A stretch of 64,000 nt of DNA, taken from Salinivirgaceae bacterium (lineage in GTDB: Bacteria; Bacteroidota; Bacteroidia; Bacteroidales; SZUA-534). Below, in pieces: positions 46,718 to 54,590 of this stretch. Positions within the stretch are counted from its first letter, which is position 1, and each line of letters begins with the position of its first letter. The position numbers and the translations under genes are program-made. The stretch spans positions 11,847-75,846 of the forward strand of contig JAGCNL010000087.1 in assembly GCA_017645945.1 (NCBI GenBank), read 5' to 3'. Under the pieces are notes generated by a model. The model was not told the origin of the DNA. It did not search any database and worked only from the letters and a program-made list of their open reading frames with translations.

Positions 46718-46749
46718 TTTATTGTTGATCTGATAAATAGTATTGAAAG

Positions 46750-48222
46750 ATGAAAGCAAAATCAATTATATCAGCTTTGGTTATGTTTGGTGTTGCAACG
46801 GTTGTGTCGGCCCAAAATATGGACGATGCCATCCGTTACACAAACATTGTTCCGTCGGGAACAGCAAAATTCGTATCGATGGGTGGTGCAATGGGCGCCA
46901 TAGGCGGTGATTTGACGGCAATAACTGTCAACCCTGCAGGCATCGGTGTTTACCGTAACGGCCAGATGACGATTTCTCCAATGTGGACAACAGATAAGGA
47001 AACAGCCAAATATTATGGTACTACGGCGAAATCAAGTTCAAGTAGCTTCCGCTTTTCGAATGTGGGAGTGGCTTCGGCGTTACCGATTGACGAAACGGGC
47101 CTGGTATCGTTCAATATGGGCTTTGTATACAACCGTCTGACCAATTTCGACGGCGGTTATTCAGTGAAGGGCTACAATGATGTCAGTTCGCTGCTTGATA
47201 AAGCGGTTGACGATTTCAATGCCGATTATTGGGATCGCGATCCTTTTTATAATGCTGATTTGTTCATTTACGACTCTTCTGCACGCAGATATATCAATGA
47301 CTATGAGGATTTTGGTGTTTATGGCTCGAATCAGCGCCAGTCGGTAACAACCGATGGCAGTATGGGAGAATACAGCTTCCTGATGGGCGCGAACATCAAC
47401 AACGAATGGTATATTGGAGGTTCATTGAACATTGTGCATGTCGACTACCGTCATGTGTCGAAATACACGGAAGAGCCTGATATCGAAGATTTTACCATCG
47501 ATTATTTTAATGTCACTGATGAATTTTGGACCACTGGCGGAGGAGTCAATCTGAAATTGGGCATAATTGGTTGGTTAAGTGAGAATTTAAGAGTGGGAGC
47601 AGCTTTCCACACGCCAACCATCTTGTCGTTGACTGACGATTATGGCACAAAGGTTGAGTCGTCGGTATGGTATAGTGAAAAAGACGATAATACTGGTGAT
47701 GTTACTTATTTTACTGAATCACAAAGCTATAATTCAACAGGTACGATTGACTGGCGACTGACAATGCCATCGAAATTCATCGGCAGTATCGCAATTGTAG
47801 CACCAGAACACGGCATGATAGATCTTGATTGTGAGGTTGTTAATTATTCGGCAGCCACCGTCAACGACGATGATATGCAAATTGGCAACGAATATGATGA
47901 ACTGAATGGTCGTATTTCTGACGACCTCCGTACTACGGTCAATTTGCGTGTCGGCGGTGAAATGACATTCGGCCCAGCTGTTGCCCGCGCCGGTTTCGGT
48001 TTCTACGGCAGTCCGTACAAGAGCAGTCATGTCAATTCATCGGCTCATCAGTTGGTTTACAGCATTGGTGCCGGCTATCGCGGACATTTGGCTTTCATCG
48101 ATTTTGGTTACAATTTGCGTACAAAGAAGGAGAGCAAATTCATTTACACCTATAATGAAAGCGAAGCTAAAACGAAAAGCCGTATTGGCAATTTTGTGCT
48201 AACGGCTGGATTTAGGTTTTAA
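46750..48222 (+). CDS. FadL/PorV-like outer-membrane beta-barrel protein
   Basis: 490 aa. Signal peptide ends VSAQ. N-terminal motif FVSMGGAMGAIGGDLTAITVNPAGIG resembles the FadL/TodX/PorV family. Alternating beta-strand pattern throughout, with a terminal aromatic (GFRF). Confidence 0.7.
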   Translation: MKAKSIISALVMFGVATVVSAQNMDDAIRYTNIVPSGTAKFVSMGGAMGAIGGDLTAITVNPAGIGVYRNGQMTISPMWTTDKETAKYYGTTAKSSSSSFRFSNVGVASALPIDETGLVSFNMGFVYNRLTNFDGGYSVKGYNDVSSLLDKAVDDFNADYWDRDPFYNADLFIYDSSARRYINDYEDFGVYGSNQRQSVTTDGSMGEYSFLMGANINNEWYIGGSLNIVHVDYRHVSKYTEEPDIEDFTIDYFNVTDEFWTTGGGVNLKLGIIGWLSENLRVGAAFHTPTILSLTDDYGTKVESSVWYSEKDDNTGDVTYFTESQSYNSTGTIDWRLTMPSKFIGSIAIVAPEHGMIDLDCEVVNYSAATVNDDDMQIGNEYDELNGRISDDLRTTVNLRVGGEMTFGPAVARAGFGFYGSPYKSSHVNSSAHQLVYSIGAGYRGHLAFIDFGYNLRTKKESKFIYTYNESEAKTKSRIGNFVLTAGFRF

Positions 48223-48263
48223 TGCTGATTGAGGGACGATTGTTCTCGTGATTCAGATTTGTC

Positions 48264-48935
48264 GTGGCATCTTGTCAAGATATTAATAATCAGGCTCAAC
48301 TGATAGAGCTGATTCAGGAGATAGGTTTCCTGCCATTGCTTGATAGCGGTATCAGTGGCTATTCTGCTGAAGAGATGGTGAGTGACGAGTGTCGTTATTC
48401 ACCATTGCCCGATGGCGGGTGGGAGTGGCTGTTGTGGAAATGGAAAGGCTCAATCTTGACGGAAGGTAGCACTGTCTATGGTAAATTCTTTGCAGGCAAG
48501 GCAGGGTTTGTCAGTCGAAAGTGGTGGCCCGATTTCTGCAACTATCGCCATAGCGTCCATCCGCAGCCAGCGGCTGGCACCATCGAGGAGGCCATATTGT
48601 TCACATTGCGTGCTCAGGGTAGTTTGATTACCCGCGATCTTCGTGCGGCTTGTGGGTTCACGGGTTCCAATATGCGCAGCAAGTTTGATGGTTACATCAC
48701 ACGTTTGCAGATGGCCTGTCGCATTGTGACTGAAGATTTTGTCTATCCCATTGATCGTCGCGGACATGAATATGGATGGGGCTGGTCGTTGCTCACTACT
48801 CCCGAGCAGTTGTACGGGCTTGATTCGTGCAAGTGTGATTGTTCGCCAAATGAATCGTTTGAACGTATTTTCGCGCACCTCAAAAAAGTGCTGCCCAATG
48901 CGTCTGAAAAACAGATTATCAGACTTTTGAAGTAG
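48264..48935 (+). CDS. AlkZ-related / YcaQ-like winged-helix protein (short form)
   Basis: 223 aa from a GTG start. LIELIQEIGFLPLL, GGWEWLLWKWKG and GKFFAGKAGFVSRKWWPDFCNYR match my recollection of the ~220-aa AlkZ-related family in Bacteroidales. Confidence 0.55.
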   Translation: MASCQDINNQAQLIELIQEIGFLPLLDSGISGYSAEEMVSDECRYSPLPDGGWEWLLWKWKGSILTEGSTVYGKFFAGKAGFVSRKWWPDFCNYRHSVHPQPAAGTIEEAILFTLRAQGSLITRDLRAACGFTGSNMRSKFDGYITRLQMACRIVTEDFVYPIDRRGHEYGWGWSLLTTPEQLYGLDSCKCDCSPNESFERIFAHLKKVLPNASEKQIIRLLK

Positions 48936-48986
48936 ATGCGTGAATTATCGAAAAAGCATATCTTTGACTAATAAAATCATACAACA

Positions 48987-49463
48987 ATGAAACGAATAGT
49001 TTTTCTACTTGCAGTCGGCCTGGCGTTTGCGGCGTGCAACCAGCAGTTGCCCGATGGTGCTCAACTTTTGAAGATATTGAACGACGAGAATCTCTCGCTT
49101 GTGGTGTTCAATGGCGATAGCATCAGCCGCCATGCCAGTCAGCGCGTCGATGACTTGATGCGGCTTATGACCACCGAGCCAGAGCGTTTGCGCGGCGCTT
49201 TGGTTGCTGACAAGAAAGTGGGCTACGCAGCGGCATCACTCATTGCTTGCAGTGGGGTGCGCGAGGTTCACACCAACTATGTTACCCGTCCCGCCAAGAA
49301 GATTCTTGAGCAGGCAGGTGTCAAACTGGTGGCTGCTAGCGAAGGCGACATCATTTTCAACCACGACAGCACTGGCCGATGCCCGATGGATTCTACGCTC
49401 AATGGCATTACCACTGCCGAACAGGGGCTCGAGATTCTGAAAACGAAATTCTACAACAAGTAG
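48987..49463 (+). CDS. DUF1893-like protein with lipoprotein signal
   Basis: 158 aa. Lipobox [46 protein letters not shown]...GRCPMD resembles the DUF1893 (TM1506-like) pattern. Confidence 0.55.
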   Translation: MKRIVFLLAVGLAFAACNQQLPDGAQLLKILNDENLSLVVFNGDSISRHASQRVDDLMRLMTTEPERLRGALVADKKVGYAAASLIACSGVREVHTNYVTRPAKKILEQAGVKLVAASEGDIIFNHDSTGRCPMDSTLNGITTAEQGLEILKTKFYNK

Positions 49464-49464
49464 C

Positions 49465-50019
49465 ATGAAACGTTTACTGTTAACCGTATTGGCATTTGTG
49501 GCTATCGGCCTGAGTGTCAATGCACAAAATAAATCAGAAAAAGGAAATAACGATATGAAAACATTGGTTGCCTATTTTTCGGCATCGGGCACAACTAAAG
49601 GCATTGCCCAGAATTTGGCTAAAGTGGCGGGCGCTGACTTGCACGAAATAAAACCTGCCAAGGCATATACCCGCGCCGACCTCGACTGGCACGACAAGCA
49701 GAGCCGCTCATCGGTTGAGATGGCCGACAAAACATCGCGCCCAGCCATCACCGACAAACTTGCAAATATGGCTGATTATCAGACCATCTATGTCGGGTTT
49801 CCGATTTGGTGGTACACCGCGCCGACCATCATCAACACTTTTTTTGAGAGTTATGATTTCAGTGGCAAAACAGTCCGATTGTTTGCGACTAGTGGTGGTA
49901 GCACCATTGACAAGGCTGTTCAGGACCTGAAAGCAGCCTATCCTGAAATTAACATACAAGATGGCCGTCTGCTTAACTTTGCCAAAGAAAACGAGTTACG
50001 CAGTTTTTGCGGAAAGTAA
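49465..50019 (+). CDS. flavodoxin-family protein (Flavodoxin_4-like); long form carries a signal peptide
   Basis: [18 protein letters not shown] (FMN phosphate loop) and [15 protein letters not shown] 49465 gives the signal peptide [21 protein letters not shown]. The internal ATG 49555 would give a cytosolic form. Confidence 0.8.
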   Translation: MKRLLLTVLAFVAIGLSVNAQNKSEKGNNDMKTLVAYFSASGTTKGIAQNLAKVAGADLHEIKPAKAYTRADLDWHDKQSRSSVEMADKTSRPAITDKLANMADYQTIYVGFPIWWYTAPTIINTFFESYDFSGKTVRLFATSGGSTIDKAVQDLKAAYPEINIQDGRLLNFAKENELRSFCGK

Positions 50020-50498
50020 TGATTGACAGCACAATGATTCGACGCGCAAACAAAAACGATATCAAACAGATTATCAGTCTGCTACATCAGGTGAATATGG
50101 TTCATCACATTATTCGCCCCGATTTGTTCAAACCGCACACAACCAAGTATAACGAGCAGGAACTCAACCAAATGCTGACTGACGACAACAAGCCGATTTT
50201 CGTTTACGACGACGGCGGTGTGCTTGGTTATGCTTTCTGTCAAATCACTGAAGTTCAGAACAATAAACTGTTGCAAGACGCAAAAACGCTTTATATCGAC
50301 GACATTTGCGTTGACGAGAGTGCCCGTGGCCGCCACGTTGGGAAATCGTTGTTCGAGCACGTGCGAAACTATGCGCAATCGATTGGTTGCCACAACATTA
50401 CGCTGAATGTTTGGGCAGGCAACGACGCTGCCCTGTCGTTCTACCAAAATATGGGAATGCAGGTGCAGAAAACCACAATGGAAATTGTTTTATGCTGA
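50019..50498 (+). CDS. GNAT-family N-acetyltransferase
   Basis: About 159 aa from ATG 50019 (TAATG overlap with the flavodoxin stop). The acetyl-CoA motif reads ICVDESARGRHVGKSLFEHV. Confidence 0.85.
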   Translation: MIDSTMIRRANKNDIKQIISLLHQVNMVHHIIRPDLFKPHTTKYNEQELNQMLTDDNKPIFVYDDGGVLGYAFCQITEVQNNKLLQDAKTLYIDDICVDESARGRHVGKSLFEHVRNYAQSIGCHNITLNVWAGNDAALSFYQNMGMQVQKTTMEIVLC

Positions 50499-50769
50499 CG
50501 TTCCACACCCTTTCAGTTTCCGACCGCGCGGCTGTGCAGGCCGTGTCGCTCAAGGCTGGGCGGCGCAACTGCAACTCGACATTGACCGACACAACGCCCA
50601 ATATCCGCCACTTGCAGCAGCAACCTTTGCCAACGCCCACGACCGTTTCCTTTGCATTGACGACGCGGTTTACCACATTGGCGCTTCGCTCAAAGATTTG
50701 GGCAAGAAGTGGTTCGCCTTCAGCAAAATGGAAATTGCGACCGACGACTTGCTGAACAAATTACAGTAA
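50492..50769 (+). pseudogene. composite of two gene remnants at the left edge of the defence island
   Basis: ATG 50492 opens MLTFHTLSVSDRAAVQAVSLKAGRRNCN, which looks like the N-terminus of a DUF2156/GNAT-fold-type protein, and then degenerates. In another frame the last ~45 codons read ANAHDRFLCIDDAVYHIGASLKDLGKKWFAFSKMEIATDDLLNKLQ*. That looks like the conserved C-terminus of a different small protein. Neither frame gives a full-length product. Confidence 0.5.
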
Positions 50770-50860
50770 GAAAAGCCCCAAATCTCGCCCAAACACCACC
50801 GCTTCCCCAGCATTTTTCATTTTTAACATTCCGCCTTCCCCAAATTCCGCCAACATTTTC

Positions 50861-50868
50861 TACCTTTG
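50861..50868 (+). promoter_or_regulatory. candidate -7 promoter box for the YhcG-like gene
   Basis: TACCTTTG matches TAnnTTTG, 60 nt upstream of ATG 50929. It is preceded by two ATTCCGCC copies (50828-50835, 50844-50851). Confidence 0.4.
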
Positions 50869-50928
50869 CCTTTGCTGCAAGCGCGCATTTTAGCATTTGC
50901 GGCGCAACAAGACCATATAATAGCATAG

Positions 50929-52056
50929 ATGGCAGAAAAACTTTTTCATATCGACCAAGAATATCAAGAATGGATTGCCGAGTTAAGCAACCGCTACAGG
51001 CAAAGCCAAATCAAGGCTGCTATCAGTGTCAATAGCCAAATGCTTCGGTTCTATTGGTCGGTTGGTCAGGATATAAGCGAACGAAGAATGGGAAACCGCT
51101 ATGGCTCACACTTTTACGAAAGCGTCGGGGCCGACCTTCGCAAATCGCTTAATCTGAAAAGCGGGTTTTCCGCCACAACCATAAAATACACAAAGTATTT
51201 GTATGAGTTGTATTCGCCGTTGTTTGCAAATCGTCAACAGATTGTTGACGAATCTTGCGTTCAAAATCGTCAACAACTTGTTGACGATTCTGCTGTGGGA
51301 GAAATCCAACTATACGATGCGGACGATTTCGAAAATCTGTTCAGTATTCCTTGGGGACACCATATCCAAATAATTGACAAGTGCAAGGGCAATGCCGAGA
51401 AAGCATTGTTCTTTGTCCGTAAGACATTGGAAAACAATTGGGGACGAGGTGTTCTGCTCAATTTTCTCGACACCGATTTGTATGAATCACAAGGCTTGGC
51501 GCAAACCAACTTCCAACTAACTCTGCCACAACCACAAAGCGACCTTGCGCAACAGATGCTTAAGAGTCCTTACTGCTTCGATTTTCTGCAAATGGGCGAG
51601 AAATACACCGAGAAATCGATGAAAGATGAACTTGTGAAGAACATTATCAAATTTCTTCTCGAACTTGGACGCGGGTTTTCTTTCGTGGGACAGGAATATC
51701 ACTTGAAGGCAGGCGGTAAAGACAAGTATATCGACCTTCTTTTCTACATTATTCCGTTGCATTGTTATTGTGTGATTGAAGTGAAAATCACCGAATTCGA
51801 TTTTTCTGATGCAGGGCAACTTGCAGGATATGTTGCTATGGTTGACGACCAACTGAACACCCCTAACGACAACCCCGCCATTGGTCTGCTGATTTGCAAA
51901 GAAAAGAACAGCGTGCTTGCCAAATATGCTCTTTCAAAAATAAACTCGCCCATAGGTGTTTCAGAATACGAAACCGCAAAAAAATCATTGCCTAAAGCAA
52001 TGCAAGACACCTTGCCGTCTATCGAAGAAATTGAAACCCAATTGAATCAGAAATAG
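50929..52056 (+). CDS. PDDEXK nuclease domain protein, YhcG/DUF1016 family
   Basis: 375 aa. The N-terminal helical region (IKAAISVNSQMLRFYWSVGQDI) and the C-terminal PD-(D/E)xK core (KYIDLLFY...CVIEVKI) have DUF1016 order and spacing. Confidence 0.8.
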   Translation: MAEKLFHIDQEYQEWIAELSNRYRQSQIKAAISVNSQMLRFYWSVGQDISERRMGNRYGSHFYESVGADLRKSLNLKSGFSATTIKYTKYLYELYSPLFANRQQIVDESCVQNRQQLVDDSAVGEIQLYDADDFENLFSIPWGHHIQIIDKCKGNAEKALFFVRKTLENNWGRGVLLNFLDTDLYESQGLAQTNFQLTLPQPQSDLAQQMLKSPYCFDFLQMGEKYTEKSMKDELVKNIIKFLLELGRGFSFVGQEYHLKAGGKDKYIDLLFYIIPLHCYCVIEVKITEFDFSDAGQLAGYVAMVDDQLNTPNDNPAIGLLICKEKNSVLAKYALSKINSPIGVSEYETAKKSLPKAMQDTLPSIEEIETQLNQK

Positions 52057-52482
52057 GGAAATCTTTTAACACTTCCCAACTTACATATTCAATTCAAATA
52101 CCTTATCTTTGTCCTTCGCCGTTTATGCCTTTTTAGGCTCTTGCGGCAGACATATACATAAAAGCGTCACCTGATGCTTGTTTTTGGCTTTCTGAAACGT
52201 AGGACTTTCAAAAACGACTTCAAAAACAATGCAAAAGACGATGCTACGGGTGTGGTATAAGCATTCCGTGGGTGTGCATTGGGGCAATTTTGTCCCTGCA
52301 CACTTCTGCGGGCTATATACACGCAACGTGGATATCTCTTTGCTCGTTAAGTCAATGGTTTCCTACGCCACAGAAAGCGACGGGTAAAGGTTCAGATACC
52401 CACGTTTTTTGTATGTGGCTGTAGGATAACTGATTGATAATAAAGTCCGATTCGGGGTGTTTGGCGGGCGGTAAGAGTTTAT

Positions 52483-53568
52483 ATGTCAGACACTTCAAAG
52501 AAATACAACGTTGTTGATTTGTTTTGTGGATGTGGTGGTATTAGTTATGGCTTTGAATTAGCAGGATACAATATCATTGGTGGCGTTGATTTTAACAAAG
52601 ACGCTACGGCAACCTTTCAACACAATTTTAAGCAAGCAAAAGTTTATACAGGGTATATAGAAAACATTACAGACGAGGAAGTTAAAAATGCTTATTCGGA
52701 CGTTGATGTTATGGTTGGTGGTCCACCGTGTCAAGGTTTTTCTACAGCCAACAGATGGCAAAAAGAAAAAGACGACCCACGAAACAAATTGTTTTTCGAG
52801 TATATCCGTTTTGTGAAATTATTACGACCGAAAGTTGTTCTAATAGAAAATGTTAGAGGTCTATTAACTCGCAATGACGGATATGCCAAAGAGCGTATTA
52901 CAACGATTTTAGAAGACGAAGGCTACAAACTAAATATGCAAGTGCTTGACGCTTCCGAGTATGGCGTACCACAAAATCGCAAGCGCGCTATCATTATTGG
53001 AATTCGTCAAGATTTTCTGCAAGAAACTTTTGACTTTGATACTTTGGATAAAAAGCCCAAAGTGACTGTAGAAGATGCTATAGGGGAATTGTATCAATTT
53101 GAAAAAGATGGTGTGGGGATAAAAACTCTTAAAGAAAAACCCACTTCGGAATACAGAAAATATTTGCGGACAGTGGATAATACCGTACAAGACCACGAGG
53201 CTCGCTATCCTGCACAAATAGTCCAAGACCGTATTCATTGTGTTCCACAAGGTGGCAATTGGGAGGATGTTCCTGAAAATCTGTGGAGTAACAATAGAAA
53301 AAACAGGCATTCTTCTGCGTATAAGCGGCTTGACCCCAATACACAATCGTGCACAATTGATACGGGCAATGCTCATAGCAATTATTTCCACCCATTATAC
53401 GACAGAATACCAAGTGTCAGAGAATCAGCGCGGTTACAATCTTTTTCTGACAGATTCGAATTCCTTGGTTCACGCGGTAGCCAATACAAACAAATTGGCA
53501 ATGCTGTGCCACCATTATTGGCAAAAGCCATTGCTGACGCAATCTTAAAAATTTTGGAGAAAAAATGA
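52483..53568 (+). CDS. DNA (cytosine-5)-methyltransferase, M1
   Basis: 361 aa. Motif I DLFCGCGG, motif IV GGPPCQGFS (Cys83 codon at 52729-52731), motif VI ENVRGL, motif VIII QNRKR, motif IX RESARLQSF, motif X GNAVPP. Confidence 0.95.
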   Translation: MSDTSKKYNVVDLFCGCGGISYGFELAGYNIIGGVDFNKDATATFQHNFKQAKVYTGYIENITDEEVKNAYSDVDVMVGGPPCQGFSTANRWQKEKDDPRNKLFFEYIRFVKLLRPKVVLIENVRGLLTRNDGYAKERITTILEDEGYKLNMQVLDASEYGVPQNRKRAIIIGIRQDFLQETFDFDTLDKKPKVTVEDAIGELYQFEKDGVGIKTLKEKPTSEYRKYLRTVDNTVQDHEARYPAQIVQDRIHCVPQGGNWEDVPENLWSNNRKNRHSSAYKRLDPNTQSCTIDTGNAHSNYFHPLYDRIPSVRESARLQSFSDRFEFLGSRGSQYKQIGNAVPPLLAKAIADAILKILEKK

Positions 53569-54590
53569 AGATTATTGACCTATTCTGTGGAATTGGAGGT
53601 TTAAGCCTTGGCTTTGAACAAGCAGGATTTGAAGTTGTTGCTGCGGTTGATATGTGGAAGGACGCCATAACAACCTTTAACCACAATCGCGCTGATAAAG
53701 TTGCAAAAACTGAAACGGTTGAAGAGTTTAACGAGAGCGAATTGCCTGAACTGATAAAGAAAGAGCACATTACGGGTGTTATAGGCGGTCCGCCGTGTCA
53801 AGGTTTTAGCACCGTAGGTCGCCGAGAAGTAGATGACCCACGAAATAAAATGTACTTGGAATTCTACAAAACCGTCAAGTTGGCTAAGCCTGATTTCTTT
53901 GTTATAGAGAATGTTAGAGGAATGCTGACTTTGAATAAAGGAGCATTTGTAAATGACTTATTAGAGAGGTTTGGCGAATCAAAAAATGGTTTGGGTTATA
54001 AAATATCGTACAAACTACTAAATGCAGCAGATTATGGAATTCCGCAAAACAGATACAGAGTTTTTTATGTTGGCATAAAAAACAAGAAGTTTGAATTTCC
54101 CGAGCCACTTAACTACAAGTTAACTGCAAAAGATGGTATTAGCGATTTAGAAGGTGCAGATAATGAACATTATGGTTCATTTCCGCAGAATGACTTTCAA
54201 AAAGCAATGCGAGGTAAATGCAAAAGTCCCATAAATCAAGATTATACCAACCATTCTCAACAGACAATGGATATAATAAACCAAGTCCCTGATGGTGGAA
54301 ATATCAAAGATTTGCCAAAGGAGATGTGGAATGTCAGAAAATATAATAAGGCATTTGAACGAATGGGAACTTTTAAACCTTCAAACACCATTGACACAGG
54401 CCATAGAAACTATTTCCACTATGCCGAGCCAAGGATTCCCACTGTTAGAGAATCAGCAAGAATACAGTCATTTCCTGACAGTTTTGAAATAATTGGAACA
54501 CGCGGTAGCCAATACAAACAAGTTGGCAATGCGGTTCCACCGATGTTGGCCAACGTGATTGCAGAACAAATTAAAAAAATACTACTATGA
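53565..54590 (+). CDS. DNA (cytosine-5)-methyltransferase, M2
   Basis: 341 aa. DLFCGIGG, GGPPCQGFS, ENVRGM, QNRYR, RESARIQSF, GNAVPP. ATGA overlap with M1. Confidence 0.95.
   Translation: MKIIDLFCGIGGLSLGFEQAGFEVVAAVDMWKDAITTFNHNRADKVAKTETVEEFNESELPELIKKEHITGVIGGPPCQGFSTVGRREVDDPRNKMYLEFYKTVKLAKPDFFVIENVRGMLTLNKGAFVNDLLERFGESKNGLGYKISYKLLNAADYGIPQNRYRVFYVGIKNKKFEFPEPLNYKLTAKDGISDLEGADNEHYGSFPQNDFQKAMRGKCKSPINQDYTNHSQQTMDIINQVPDGGNIKDLPKEMWNVRKYNKAFERMGTFKPSNTIDTGHRNYFHYAEPRIPTVRESARIQSFPDSFEIIGTRGSQYKQVGNAVPPMLANVIAEQIKKILL

Noticed and set aside
50387-50769. Two overlapping ORFs of 120-122 aa (50387-50755 and 50407-50769), considered as intact genes.
   Set aside because: Both start inside the GNAT gene. 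Neither frame is protein-like along its full length. The recognisable pieces are a ~28-codon N-terminal fragment and a ~45-codon C-terminal fragment in different frames, so I interpret them as remnants (see the pseudogene feature).
52123-52326. A 67-aa minus-strand ORF in the gap upstream of the methyltransferases.
   Set aside because: It is Cys/Pro/Thr-rich with an odd composition. It has no -7 box or plausible start context and points away from any partner gene. It was kept only as part of the 'unexplained gap' finding.
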